A stretch of 64,000 bases of DNA from a virus, in the IMG/VR virus record IMGVR_UViG_3300028844_006574, positions 27,376 through 91,375 of that record. The stretch is one strand, 5' to 3'. The number at the start of each line of letters is the position of its first letter. Position 1 is the first letter of the stretch. A program made the translations under genes and the position numbers. Shown piece after piece: positions 1-10,575 of this stretch. The notes under the pieces are model-generated. The model had not been told where the DNA came from, did not search any database, and saw nothing but the letters and a program-made list of their open reading frames with translations.

Positions 1-104
1 TATATTATCAAATGTTTGTGAAAGAGCAAAATGAGAAAGAGAAAGCGGCTAGAGCTGCTCAACAAGCAGCTAGGAGCAATTCTAGAACCGTGGGTAGCAG
101 GTAA
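1..104 (+). CDS. 3' end of a gene cut by the window edge; possibly gp51-like baseplate hub assembly protein
   Basis: Frame from position 3 reads YYQMFVKEQNEKEKAARAAQQAARSNSRTVGSR* (TAA 102-104). It resembles the charged helical C-terminus of gp51-like proteins and lies next to gp26. Confidence 0.4.
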   Translation, partial: YYQMFVKEQNEKEKAARAAQQAARSNSRTVGSR

Positions 105-142
105 ACAGTGGCTAAACAACAACCGAGACATAAGTATTTTAT

Positions 143-955
143 ATGAGCGAAGACCAGCAGTTTGATCAGTTGTTAGAAACGTTGAAGCAAAAAAATGCTA
201 CACGTACACTAAACATATGGATACCATCACTAAAGAAAGGAGTACCTTTCAAACATCTCACTCTTGAACAACAAAAAACATTGATCAAGAGCTCTGTAAG
301 AGAAAATTTACTCAAGTTAGATTTTAGCAGGAATATTTACAATATATTAAAAGATAATAATACAGACAACACTGTTAACATAGATAAACTTACTATTGTA
401 GATCTAATCAGCATAGGTTTAGCGTACCGGTCCGCTGATATAAGCAATGAATATGGTTTCTATGTGGGTGATGATTTTTTCCCGGTAGATTTAGACAAGA
501 TATGTGAACGTGCCAGAACAACCGATTATAAAAACATGTTCCAACCAGACACTATAATTGCTGATGGTTATCATGTAACGGTTCAAATACCCACTATCAA
601 AGTGGATAAACAGATGAACGATCATTTATTTAAAAAATACCAAGATGTACCAGATGACCCAGAGTTGTTAAGAGATGTACTGGCTGATGTGTATATACAT
701 GAAGCCGCAAAATATATAACTAATATTGATATAGTGGAACCCGGTGACAACCCGGATGTTGAACCGTTACAAATAGATTTGACAAACACCACAGCTGAGC
801 AACGGTTGGATGTAATAAACCAGATACCACTAACCGTGTTGAACCGTTTAGTAGATGTGTCTGATAAGGTACAAGAGATTGAATCTTTGCTACTAGATGT
901 AGATCTAAACGGGGAAACAGCCACTATACAACTAAACTCAGCCTTCTTCACATAA
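143..955 (+). CDS. gp26: T4-like baseplate hub subunit gp26
   Basis: IWIPSLKKGVPFKHLTLEQQKTLI and LTIVDLISIGLAYRS match the gp26 pattern (LPS...F+P+...E+K.L; D+++I.L.+R). It ends in FFT and sits in baseplate context. Confidence 0.7.
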   Translation: MSEDQQFDQLLETLKQKNATRTLNIWIPSLKKGVPFKHLTLEQQKTLIKSSVRENLLKLDFSRNIYNILKDNNTDNTVNIDKLTIVDLISIGLAYRSADISNEYGFYVGDDFFPVDLDKICERARTTDYKNMFQPDTIIADGYHVTVQIPTIKVDKQMNDHLFKKYQDVPDDPELLRDVLADVYIHEAAKYITNIDIVEPGDNPDVEPLQIDLTNTTAEQRLDVINQIPLTVLNRLVDVSDKVQEIESLLLDVDLNGETATIQLNSAFFT

Positions 956-986
956 TAGATTCTAGGCATAAATATTAATAGAGTTT

Positions 987-3900
987 ATGCCAGAACAAGA
1001 AACACAGACAGAACCGGTATTACCAGATTTCTCCCTGCTCAGAAAACCCCTAGCTGATCTATCTACATCTATACAAGGATTAGCTTCTACAATTGAAGGT
1101 GTTAAAAAAGCATTGTCCGGAATCAAAAATATTGAACCTAGCAAGATCAAAGAAGGTATTGATAACAAAATAACTCAACAACCATCAAATATATCCGGTA
1201 ATGTACAACAAATCACTCCACCCTCTCAAAACAATACTTACATTAATGAATCAACATCTAATAATGTAAATACAACTAATGAACCATCTGCTCCCCCACC
1301 ACCTCAACCAATAGTTCCAGATGATGTTGTACAAGAAGTGATGTCCTCCGACCCGGTACAACCCGAGACGACGAACATTACTGAAAACAACAATCAAACA
1401 ACAAACAACAATACACAGACATATCAGTCTACAAACAACAACGCTCAAAATCCATGGACCACGTTGTATAAAAACAACGAGCAAACCACAAACAACAACG
1501 AGCAACCCGCAAACAACACCCCGAAAAAATCATTGATATCTAATATCTTGAGTGGTGTCAAGAATAGTTATGAAAACATACAATACCGCCGGGAGAACAT
1601 GGGAGAAACGTTTTTACAATCAACTCTACATGAAGCTAAAGACCGAGCTGTACAAGCAAAGGACGGTACGGTCTCCGGCTTTAAAAAAGCTAAAGATGTA
1701 ACTATTGAATCTAAAAATAGTTTCACACAAGGATTAAAAGCCGGTAATACCGGAGAAGGTGCCCCGAACGATTCGCTAGCTGCTAGAACTGGCCGAGAGC
1801 TAGGCGATGCGTGGAAAGAACAGAGAGACATGGACACACCGCTGTCACGTGCTGTTGATGCGTTCAAAGCCTTGAAGCAAGGAAACTTTAAAGATGCAAT
1901 AGGTAAAGCTGCTAGCTCTTTTGGAGGTTATGTAATGGCCAAAGAGAACCGAGAAGAGAATGAAAAGTATCAACGAGATTTTGGTGTTGAAGGTTATACC
2001 CCTGCTAAAACTCTCAAACTCAATGAAATGGCAGAGGATCAAGCCAAAGAGAGGCAGGAACTAGTCGACCAAATTCGCAAAGAAAAAAACAGTGTAATAA
2101 AAACACAGACAATTGAAGAACTCAAACAATTTGACAAAGAGTATGGTGAAAAAATGGGGGTTAGTTCTTCACAAGAACAAACAACAAACAACAATAACAC
2201 GCCAACCTCAGATGATAACAATTCAAAAATTTCAGAAAATATATCAACAGAGAATGTTGAACGAATCAAAGAAGCAACTGACCCTCAATTTCCAAAACCA
2301 AACAGCCCGCATGCCTCCGAGTATATTGAGACCGCTGGTGAGAACATAAACAAAGGAGTAGATCAATTAAAACAAAAAAGTGAACAATTTGCTGAAAATA
2401 TAAAATCTCTCCAACCTGTAGACAACAGTCAATCTAACATAGTTAACTTTCCAACACAACAAAACACACAACAAACTACAAACACAACAACACCAGCAGC
2501 ACCAGCTGCTAACAGCACAACCGCATCTGGTGAAAGTCAACGACAAGCTAAAGAATATGGTCCAGAAAAGGTTGAAATAGTCAACTTCAAAGAACTAGCC
2601 GAAGAGATTAGCGAGCTGATGGCCGGTAAGCTTGGAGACAAGATGAAAGGTGGGGTAATGTCTGGTGGTGGTTCTAGTGACGATGGTGACGATGGTGGTG
2701 GACTGCTAGACATGTTAGGGTTTGGGGCCAGTGCCGGTCTAGGAGGCGGCAGCGGTAAGGACAAAAACAAGAACAAGAACAAGACCAAGACCAAGGGACC
2801 TAAAGGTAAAAAACCTGGTCTGTTTAAACGAATCGGTTCAACAGTAGGTAAATTCATACCCAAAGGTAAAAATCTACTCAAAATTGGCGGAGTGGCTGCT
2901 GCAGCTGTAGGTACAAAACTTGGATATGACAAACTAACTCAGCCAGACACTCCAGATAAACCTAAAAAACCAGAAAAACCTGCTAAAACAACTTCAAAAC
3001 AGGTGAAACCAGCACCTAAACCAGGAAGTCCGGTTACAGATGCAGTAAAGACAACACCTAAACCAGACACACCAAAAACAACCACAAAAGCACCACCAAA
3101 ACCCAAGCCAAAACCAAAACCCAAGCCAAAACCAAAAGCTGGGTTCTTCAGTAGCATGTGGAGCAAGACTAAAAAACTCGCTAGTAAAATACCTGGAGCA
3201 GATACTGTCAAGAGTGTTGCCGGAGGAATTACTAGCGCAGTGAAGGACCCTATAGGGACTGCAAAAAAGGCTGTGAAGGGTGTTGTATCAACTGGTAAAA
3301 AAGCAATTTCTGCAGTCAAATCAGGAGTAGGAACCGCGGTAAAGTATGCAACCAATCCGAAACTAGCATTGAAAACATTGAAAGAAGCTGTAAAAACAAA
3401 TGCTAAAACAGCTGTTAAACAGATGATCAAAGTACCAATCATAAGTGCCCCGTTAGAGGCTCTTTTTGCTGGTTTTGAAATCAATGATATTTTAAGTAAT
3501 CAAGAGCTGTCACCAGCAGATAAAAAGAAGCAAACCGGTAGAGTTGTAGGTAACTCTATTGGTGGGTTGATGGGTGGTGCCTTAGCTGCGGTAGTACCAA
3601 CACTACTTACAGGTGGAGCAGCCGGTTTAGCTGCACCTATACTATACATGGGTGGAGATTATCTAGGTCGTATAGGTGCTGATGTGTTGATGAACAGTGT
3701 ACCTGATATTGAAGAAATATTAGGTGAGACAACTGGTAATGTATTTGGATTGGACTATGGAGACGAAGAGCAACCTACTACCGGTGAGCTAACTCCTGAA
3801 GACAAAAAAGAATTAGAAGGTCAAGTCAAGCCTGTTGATACCAAAGATGTACAAGCAGCACCAAAAGACAGTGAATCACCTGTCAAAGATGCAGTGAGTA

Positions 3901-6221
3901 GCATAACACCACCGGCAGTACCAGATAACAAAGTAACCGTTACACCAGAAGAAGTGGAATCTGCTGGTACAAACACACCAATCATGCAAGGTGTACCAGT
4001 TGCCGCCGGAGCTGCCGCGCTTGCTACCGCAGCCACTACTAAAAATACAAGCAAAACCTCTGGAGCTAAAATAACACCTGCTTCAGAATACAAAACCACC
4101 GGTAAAACACCAGTCAACAAACCTAAAACTGTAGCTGGTAAAGTAGCAGCCGCCGGTGCACTTGCTACTGGAGGAGTTTTAGCAGCATCTGCAATGTCGG
4201 ATGACACCCCACCAGCTAAAAAACTTCAAGCTGGTGCTCAAGCTACTGATACCGGAAAAACAACACCACCTCCACCAGCAGCACCTGCTAAAAAACTGCA
4301 AACCGGTGCCCAAGCTGCAGAAACCGGGGAAGTGACCGCAACTACAGCAACTACAGCTCCTTCACCAGCACCAATCCCTGCTAATGGTGTAACACCTGTA
4401 GCTAAAGACTTTACACACACAGGTAAACAAGCAATAGGGACTGACAGTTCTTCACCCGTACCAGCCAACCAATCTACTATAGGTCATAGCGAAGAAGGCC
4501 CAATGTATGTAAAACAGGTTCAAGATGATGATGGAGATGACCCAGATCACCCAGATGAAGAAGAAGAACAACCTGAAATTTCAGATATACAACCAGATAC
4601 TGGATCACAGGCGAAGGTACCTGGTATCATGTCCAAAGTGGCTGACTCTGCAGCTGCAGTTTACCCAGATTCCATGGTAGGTAGAGCTGTTGAAGGTGGA
4701 AAAACTCTACTAGGCAAAGCAAAACAAGCAAAAGACAAAGCCATGGCCACCGAAACTGGTCAAAAAGCCAAAGCAATCGGTACCAAAGCTTTAGATAAGA
4801 CCAAACAAGTAGGAGCAACTGCAATCGAAGGTGGTAAAACATTGGTAGGTAAAGCCATGGCTAGTGAAACTGGTCAAAAAGCCAAAGCAATCGGTGCAAA
4901 AGCATTAGACAAAGGAAAATATTTTGCCAGCCAAGCCGGTAGTATAGGTTCCGGATTGATAGACAAACTACCAGGTGCAGCAACATCTATGAAGTTGAAA
5001 GCTTCACAAGCCACAAAAGGTATCAAAGATAAAATTTCATCCCCCGGTCTAGGAAAACCAATCAAACCAGCCAAGCCTAAAAGTTTCTTGGGTAAACTCG
5101 CGAGTGGAGCAAAAAGTTTGGTCACAGAACACCCATTGGTTAAACTATTCCGGAAAAAGGAAGAGTCTCCTAGCGGTAAGTCAGTAAAACCAGCGGAATC
5201 ACAAGGCTTTTTGAGCAAAATAAAATCTGGTGTCAAAGGCATGTTCAACAAAACAAAAGAATCCGGAGGAAAATTCAAAGAAGGGATCAAAAAAGCAGAA
5301 CCGGGTGTAAAGGCAAAAGCTGCTCTTGAGAAGACCAAACAACTCGGCGCAACAGCAGTTCAAGGCGGGAAAACATTGTTAGGTAAAACAAAACAAAAAA
5401 TTACCGAAGCTTCGAACAGCGAAACTGGTCAAAAAGCCAAAGCGGTTGGTACCAAAGCGTTAGACAAAGGAAAGTACTTTGCTAGTCAAGCAGCCTCCAT
5501 GGGTATGAGTTTAGCTGGAAAAGCCAAACAAAAAGCCGCGGAAAAAATCCCGGGTATGTTGACATCTGGTAAAGCTGCAGCAGCTAAAGCTGCTGGTAGC
5601 GTTGCCGCCACTGCGCGGTCATTACCAGGTGTGATGAAGAGCAAGTCACAAGCTCTGAAACAAACAATTGACACTAAAGCTAAAGAACCGAATAGCTTGC
5701 TCGGTGGAGCAGCCAAGTTTGCCAAAGCCGCTGGTGAAAAGACTGTGAGTATTAGTAAAAAAGTCGGTGCAAAAGCTGTCGCGGGCGGAAAAAACTTGGT
5801 GGATAAAGCCAAACAATCTAAAGACAGGGTAGTATCTGCAACTACAGGGGAGAGCTCAGATGGGGATACACCTAAAAACAGACTCTCTGGTATGATGGGT
5901 GCAGCTAAGGATAAATCCAAAGACCTTTTAAAAAATGCAATACCAGTGTCTCAAAAGATGGGTTCAAAAGCACTGGCGGGTGCAGCGATAATGGGTCAAC
6001 GTTCCAAACAATTTATTGAAAAATTAGGCGAAAAGGAAATAGAAAAAGAAAAACAAGAGAAGGAACAAGCAGCTGGCGGTGGTACATCCATAATAAGCAA
6101 CAGTAGTAGCAGCAGCAATAGTACCACAATCAATCGATTCGATACAGATGTTGTGAGCAAATGGAGAAGCCAGTATGTTGATGACCAACACCGCCCGGGT
6201 CACTATTCGATGTACAGCTGA
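987..6221 (+). CDS. Tape-measure / gp29-like tail-length and hub protein, low complexity
   Basis: 1744 aa between gp26 and gp48. It has Lys/Ala-rich amphipathic repeats, a Gly/Ala hydrophobic segment (GGLMGGALAAVVPTLLTGGAAGLAAPIL), a PK repeat and an Asn/Ser-rich C-terminus. Confidence 0.6.
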   Translation: MPEQETQTEPVLPDFSLLRKPLADLSTSIQGLASTIEGVKKALSGIKNIEPSKIKEGIDNKITQQPSNISGNVQQITPPSQNNTYINESTSNNVNTTNEPSAPPPPQPIVPDDVVQEVMSSDPVQPETTNITENNNQTTNNNTQTYQSTNNNAQNPWTTLYKNNEQTTNNNEQPANNTPKKSLISNILSGVKNSYENIQYRRENMGETFLQSTLHEAKDRAVQAKDGTVSGFKKAKDVTIESKNSFTQGLKAGNTGEGAPNDSLAARTGRELGDAWKEQRDMDTPLSRAVDAFKALKQGNFKDAIGKAASSFGGYVMAKENREENEKYQRDFGVEGYTPAKTLKLNEMAEDQAKERQELVDQIRKEKNSVIKTQTIEELKQFDKEYGEKMGVSSSQEQTTNNNNTPTSDDNNSKISENISTENVERIKEATDPQFPKPNSPHASEYIETAGENINKGVDQLKQKSEQFAENIKSLQPVDNSQSNIVNFPTQQNTQQTTNTTTPAAPAANSTTASGESQRQAKEYGPEKVEIVNFKELAEEISELMAGKLGDKMKGGVMSGGGSSDDGDDGGGLLDMLGFGASAGLGGGSGKDKNKNKNKTKTKGPKGKKPGLFKRIGSTVGKFIPKGKNLLKIGGVAAAAVGTKLGYDKLTQPDTPDKPKKPEKPAKTTSKQVKPAPKPGSPVTDAVKTTPKPDTPKTTTKAPPKPKPKPKPKPKPKAGFFSSMWSKTKKLASKIPGADTVKSVAGGITSAVKDPIGTAKKAVKGVVSTGKKAISAVKSGVGTAVKYATNPKLALKTLKEAVKTNAKTAVKQMIKVPIISAPLEALFAGFEINDILSNQELSPADKKKQTGRVVGNSIGGLMGGALAAVVPTLLTGGAAGLAAPILYMGGDYLGRIGADVLMNSVPDIEEILGETTGNVFGLDYGDEEQPTTGELTPEDKKELEGQVKPVDTKDVQAAPKDSESPVKDAVSSITPPAVPDNKVTVTPEEVESAGTNTPIMQGVPVAAGAAALATAATTKNTSKTSGAKITPASEYKTTGKTPVNKPKTVAGKVAAAGALATGGVLAASAMSDDTPPAKKLQAGAQATDTGKTTPPPPAAPAKKLQTGAQAAETGEVTATTATTAPSPAPIPANGVTPVAKDFTHTGKQAIGTDSSSPVPANQSTIGHSEEGPMYVKQVQDDDGDDPDHPDEEEEQPEISDIQPDTGSQAKVPGIMSKVADSAAAVYPDSMVGRAVEGGKTLLGKAKQAKDKAMATETGQKAKAIGTKALDKTKQVGATAIEGGKTLVGKAMASETGQKAKAIGAKALDKGKYFASQAGSIGSGLIDKLPGAATSMKLKASQATKGIKDKISSPGLGKPIKPAKPKSFLGKLASGAKSLVTEHPLVKLFRKKEESPSGKSVKPAESQGFLSKIKSGVKGMFNKTKESGGKFKEGIKKAEPGVKAKAALEKTKQLGATAVQGGKTLLGKTKQKITEASNSETGQKAKAVGTKALDKGKYFASQAASMGMSLAGKAKQKAAEKIPGMLTSGKAAAAKAAGSVAATARSLPGVMKSKSQALKQTIDTKAKEPNSLLGGAAKFAKAAGEKTVSISKKVGAKAVAGGKNLVDKAKQSKDRVVSATTGESSDGDTPKNRLSGMMGAAKDKSKDLLKNAIPVSQKMGSKALAGAAIMGQRSKQFIEKLGEKEIEKEKQEKEQAAGGGTSIISNSSSSSNSTTINRFDTDVVSKWRSQYVDDQHRPGHYSMYS
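4690..5495 (+). repeat. Internal coding repeats in the tape-measure-like gene
   Basis: GAAACTGGTCAAAAAGCCAAAGC occurs three times (~4752, ~4866, ~5421), encoding ETGQKAKA(I/V)G(T/A)KALDK. (E/Q)GGKTL(L/V)GK also occurs three times. Confidence 0.85.
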
Positions 6222-6244
6222 TCTGGTAAACTAGTTTTGCTGAT

Positions 6245-6250
6245 TAAATA
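6245..6250 (+). promoter_or_regulatory. T4-type late promoter core TAAATA (representative of about 20 copies)
   Basis: The same motif precedes starts at 987, 6256, 11406(-), 14381(-), 14461, 20752, 21523, 27790, 30293, 32667, 34454, 36902, 37245, 37712, 38402, 44454, 48199, 57698, 59659(-), 59711, 60264 and 62221. It matches the T4 gp55 consensus TATAAATA. Confidence 0.8.
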
Positions 6251-6255
6251 ATTAC

Positions 6256-7413
6256 ATGCCAATACCGGAAAAAAGATTCATATGGTCGTTTGACAGTCAA
6301 GGTTCAAACGGTCAAGAAGCACCTCAACTGATGGGAACGTTCGGTACCGGTTCAAGCTTGTTCCAGTTTGGTGTTGAAGGTGTTGGTCGCGCTATTGAAC
6401 CTGATATAGCCAATTATACATATGTAAATATTAGCAAAGATTTTGATTGGACATTAAATGATGAACGAGAGGAGGTACCACGTATAATACTTAAGGAGAT
6501 GACACCTAGTTCAAGTTCGCTACTAACCAGATCTACATATTACCTGAGCCAGTTTGAAGATATTGACTTCGGTTTGATCAACAACGAACCTCTAGACTCA
6601 TACACCGGGTTGTATGTCACAGATGATACCGGATTTATATATGATATACCGCAACTCGGTGGTAGTTACATGATGACCGGTAGTAACTCTTATGGAGCCG
6701 ATAGCGGTGGTCTAGGTAAAACACTCAAAGGAATAGCCGGCGTAGCTGGGGATTTTGCACCTGGTAAACTAGGTAAAGGTATAAACGCTGCTGTAAAAGG
6801 TGGCGGAGCTGCCATTGGTTTAGCCGGGCTCGCTGGAGACCTTGCCGGTGGTGTCCGTGAAGCTTTTGGTGGTGGCGCTGGTTATTATACTGAACAACCT
6901 CAATTTTACCAACATGGTCAAGGAGCTCGCAATTACGATATCAAGTTTCCATTGTTTAACACTGGCGATTATGAAAGCATGATTAGAAATTTTCAAGTAG
7001 CGTACATGCTGGTGTACCAAAATTTACCCAACAGAAATAGTAAACAAACCATCCGTCCTCCATGCATGTATGAAATCACAGTACCCGGTATTTCGTACAC
7101 CCCATTTGCATATATGAGCAAAGTGAACGTTGATTTCATAGGCGCTAGACGTGAGATGACAATCGCGTTACCCTTTGATGACCCAGACAATTACCGGAAC
7201 ATAAGAGTCACCGTTCCGGAGGCATATGAAATAACATTAAGTGTACAAGAACTAGTTGCCCATACTAAAAACTTTATGTTTCATAACGTGAGTAGAAAAA
7301 TCAGCACCGGTGTCGCTAGTGTAGACCAAGGGTTATCTGAAGAAGTGGATTCTGACAATGTTCTAGTCGAAGGTGTGAGTGATTTTATAAGCTGGTTGAA
7401 CCCGTTTGATTAA
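6256..7413 (+). CDS. gp48: Baseplate tail-tube cap gp48-like protein
   Basis: Gly-rich middle, then QFYQHGQGARNYDIKFPLFN and IRPPCMYEITVPG...AYMSKVNVDF...VPEAYEITLSVQEL, typical of the tail-tube-initiator fold. It precedes gp53. Confidence 0.6.
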   Translation: MPIPEKRFIWSFDSQGSNGQEAPQLMGTFGTGSSLFQFGVEGVGRAIEPDIANYTYVNISKDFDWTLNDEREEVPRIILKEMTPSSSSLLTRSTYYLSQFEDIDFGLINNEPLDSYTGLYVTDDTGFIYDIPQLGGSYMMTGSNSYGADSGGLGKTLKGIAGVAGDFAPGKLGKGINAAVKGGGAAIGLAGLAGDLAGGVREAFGGGAGYYTEQPQFYQHGQGARNYDIKFPLFNTGDYESMIRNFQVAYMLVYQNLPNRNSKQTIRPPCMYEITVPGISYTPFAYMSKVNVDFIGARREMTIALPFDDPDNYRNIRVTVPEAYEITLSVQELVAHTKNFMFHNVSRKISTGVASVDQGLSEEVDSDNVLVEGVSDFISWLNPFD

Positions 7414-7418
7414 AAATT

Positions 7419-7802
7419 ATGGACACCTTAGGTTTATTTCAAAACGACATAGATGATCTGGAACAGCTAGGACCAGCCCGGTATGAGAACATATTCAAAA
7501 TGTATGCTAAAGGTGAAAAGTATATATACAACATACTGAGAAGAGTGGATATAGATTTGAATTCGGCAGACCCGTCAACTTTTGCCGAAGCCCCTCTAAA
7601 GATTGAATCACCATGGACAAATATAAGCTACTTTGTGTACGGTACGGTAGATTTATGGTGGTTGATATATATTTGTAATAAAGATATTTTTAAAGATCCT
7701 TTACAATTAGTACCAGGAGGTACAAAACTAAGAGTCATAAAAACAAGTAAACTTCAATCAATATTGAACGAGATTGCAAATGATCTCAAACCTAGGGTAT
7801 GA
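7419..7802 (+). CDS. gp53: Baseplate wedge gp53-like (LysM-like)
   Basis: ISYFVYGTVDLWWLIYICN...PLQLVPGGTKLRV is the gp53/tail-X signature. Confidence 0.75.
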   Translation: MDTLGLFQNDIDDLEQLGPARYENIFKMYAKGEKYIYNILRRVDIDLNSADPSTFAEAPLKIESPWTNISYFVYGTVDLWWLIYICNKDIFKDPLQLVPGGTKLRVIKTSKLQSILNEIANDLKPRV

Positions 7803-9478
7803 TCAATATACCGTTATTCGGCTCTGATAAAGAGTTAAACACGTTTGTAGATGACTATTCGAAGAAAAATTCTATAACTATAGATAATAGAGATTTTTTC
7901 TTCGCTGTTGCTATAGACAATGGGAAAGAACGTAAACTTTTCACTAAAAGTGGTATAGAAGATCTAGTTATAGAAGATGATTTGTTTGAATGGTATACTA
8001 AAGGTTACATACGCCTGAGAAATGACGAAGATGATATGGAGCGTAGTTTAGGCCCGGATAAAATATTATCCATGCTCCGATTGTCTAAAACATACAAAAT
8101 GAGAGGTGACGGTAGAGACATAATTTCTGTTAATATAACACCGAACTTACAAACACTACGTACATGGATCGCCCGGGTTGCTGGTATAGAGCAAAAACCA
8201 GATGAAGACATATTCAAATATTCTAATGACTTTTCAGTATATGATGTGAAAACAGAATATGAAGGTCGTCAGCAATACAAAGTTTTATATTTCTGGGATT
8301 TGAGATATCAACTATTGTTAGAAAGAAATGTACATTATAGTACCGCTTTAGTCAAAAAAAAGCAAGAGAAACAATTTGAGAAGAAAATCCGAGTAGTAAA
8401 CAACAAAGACCGGGAAGTACTGACAGGGGAAGCGATACAAGAATTCATTAAACAGGCATTAGAAGACCAAAACCCGGAATTTGAAGATGAATTATGGGAC
8501 AAAGGAGGAGCAAAAATTTTCTACTCTAGCCCTGCACAATACAAAGGATTGAACGACCTAGACTATCTCATGACCTCTCATGTGAGTGATGATGAAGGTG
8601 ATAATGATTTCAGTATATTGAAATACGATACTTATTTGAAGAAATGGACATTAATGTCCATTTCTAAATACTTTAGTAAAGCATTAGATGGTGAGGAAGC
8701 CGGTGAGTATCAGTTTGACAAATTTCAAATTAGCCAACATGCTGGGCCACTAGGTTTTTTAGGTCCACTAGCATCGTTTCTAACATCAAACAAAGCACCT
8801 AATTTGAAACTAGGTGATTTGAACAGCAAAGTCAAATCAATAAAAGTACCCATACCTAAAATAGGTCAAACGCAACGAAAAAACATGATCCCAGGGGAAT
8901 CGATGGAACTAGAACCTGATAGCTGGAGATTTGAAGATTTTGCTGGTATAGACAATCAATCTTTACTCACGACATATGCTGTGCATAGTTATAACACAAA
9001 TACACACGAATTTAATATAGATGTTTTTGACAATGAAATAAGGACAGTGTCTGAAAAATTTCAAGAACAGTATTTAGATGGTAAATTTATAGGCGACCCG
9101 GACCCTGCACTCAACTTTCAATTGACCAAAGGAAAAAAAGAGCAAAAAGTGTTGAATAATCTGTTCACTCTGGATCAAGACGAAAAATCCCGGGCTATAA
9201 AAGGTCGGAACCAGTTATTTAAAAATTTAATTTTCCTGAACAATGCTGTGTCTTTAAATGTAAAAGGTGATACACATAGAAGAACCGGTAGATTTTTTAG
9301 TTTAGACCGGAAAGACCCGTATTTTCCGAACGAGTTTGACGATAAAATACTAGGGCAATATTTCATAGTGAATGTTAAACACATCATCAGTAAAGAAACG
9401 TATAGTAACGAGATGTTAGGAGTCAAACCATATCGGTACAAAGCACCAGCATTTGAAACAGACAAGGTACACGAGTAA
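7799..9478 (+). CDS. Baseplate hub protein (gp27-like)
   Basis: LVIEDDLFEWYTKGYI near the N-terminus and LNVKGDTHRRTGRF...ILGQYFIVNVKHII near the C-terminus are typical of hub proteins. It follows gp53. Confidence 0.65.
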   Translation: MINIPLFGSDKELNTFVDDYSKKNSITIDNRDFFFAVAIDNGKERKLFTKSGIEDLVIEDDLFEWYTKGYIRLRNDEDDMERSLGPDKILSMLRLSKTYKMRGDGRDIISVNITPNLQTLRTWIARVAGIEQKPDEDIFKYSNDFSVYDVKTEYEGRQQYKVLYFWDLRYQLLLERNVHYSTALVKKKQEKQFEKKIRVVNNKDREVLTGEAIQEFIKQALEDQNPEFEDELWDKGGAKIFYSSPAQYKGLNDLDYLMTSHVSDDEGDNDFSILKYDTYLKKWTLMSISKYFSKALDGEEAGEYQFDKFQISQHAGPLGFLGPLASFLTSNKAPNLKLGDLNSKVKSIKVPIPKIGQTQRKNMIPGESMELEPDSWRFEDFAGIDNQSLLTTYAVHSYNTNTHEFNIDVFDNEIRTVSEKFQEQYLDGKFIGDPDPALNFQLTKGKKEQKVLNNLFTLDQDEKSRAIKGRNQLFKNLIFLNNAVSLNVKGDTHRRTGRFFSLDRKDPYFPNEFDDKILGQYFIVNVKHIISKETYSNEMLGVKPYRYKAPAFETDKVHE

Positions 9479-10575
9479 TGGCTGAACAGACAATAGATCC
9501 GGAATTGACAGAAGTAAATCTTACAAACACCACAGATTTTCTCAAAGCATTCACTGATTATAACGAGCATGTGAACAAGTTCGCTAAAGAGATTGCAGTC
9601 GCTAATGTGTATCAACATACAGATGTCACCGTTGACCCGATCACAGACAAAGCTCAATTATTTTTTGAATTAGCTACAAACTCATTATCAATAAAGGACG
9701 ATATTAGAGGTAGTAAAGACAAAAAAGGAAAACCGCAATCTCCAGTGAAAGCATCTTCCACTGGGTTGAACAAAGACATTGATGGTTTTGATGATGAGTT
9801 TTTAGCATATTGGCTAGAAAAATACAGATTGTTGCACCCGGTGATACAACAAGAATGTGAAAAGTTGATAGGCGCTGGTGGTGGAGAGTATTTCAAAGAT
9901 GTTAGCGAGAGTATCGGGTGCTTGACTGAAACAGACTTTATCGATGACGACAGGGTATTACCATACTTTGATGTGAGTGTCAAACAATACGACCCTCCAA
10001 TGGTATACAACAGTAAATTACATAACAAATTGAGCACAAACACCCAGCTCATAAACTTAAAATTTAGTAAACTGGTCAATGCTAATAGCAGAATGAACCT
10101 CAAAAACATAATAAATGGACCAAACAGTCACAAGCTTGAAAAGGATAGCAGTCTAGATGCACACGGTAACAATCTTATAACTGATTTTGAACATAGAAAC
10201 AGGATGGGTAAAATTGTCACAGAACTAGTAACAACTTTACAAAAACAATACAAAGATTTGTGGAGATTTGTTGATTGGTTACAGACTAGAGAACCGGAAA
10301 GTTCATACAAGTTTAAAAAGGTTAAATTAGACGTAGAAGATATAAAAATAAACGTCGATATACTCAAAAACAAACTCTATAAAACCAAAAAGGAAATGAC
10401 CAACAACTGTGTATTGAGTGTAGATTGTGAAGATATACTCACCCGGACCAAACGAAAAACAAAAGAGAAAGCCGAAGATGCTGAAATCGCTGCTAAACGA
10501 TTGACTGCTGATAAAAAACAAGGTGTACTGGCTAGACTAGCCCTGGCCGCGAAAGAAGCGGTCGGATTGGCTTAA
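9478..10575 (+). CDS. Hypothetical protein, probably virion-associated
   Basis: 365 aa ORF whose start overlaps the hub gene stop (TAATG); no recognisable motif. Confidence 0.6.
   Translation: MAEQTIDPELTEVNLTNTTDFLKAFTDYNEHVNKFAKEIAVANVYQHTDVTVDPITDKAQLFFELATNSLSIKDDIRGSKDKKGKPQSPVKASSTGLNKDIDGFDDEFLAYWLEKYRLLHPVIQQECEKLIGAGGGEYFKDVSESIGCLTETDFIDDDRVLPYFDVSVKQYDPPMVYNSKLHNKLSTNTQLINLKFSKLVNANSRMNLKNIINGPNSHKLEKDSSLDAHGNNLITDFEHRNRMGKIVTELVTTLQKQYKDLWRFVDWLQTREPESSYKFKKVKLDVEDIKINVDILKNKLYKTKKEMTNNCVLSVDCEDILTRTKRKTKEKAEDAEIAAKRLTADKKQGVLARLALAAKEAVGLA

Noticed and set aside
4690-5495. CRISPR-like repeats
   Set aside because: The repeats are in-frame coding duplications with irregular spacing; no cas genes or unique equal-length spacers.
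1251-5920. Many 60-180 aa minus-strand ORFs within the 1744-aa gene, and similar shadows over other genes
   Set aside because: They lie wholly opposite well-supported genes and reflect codon bias in low-complexity sequence.
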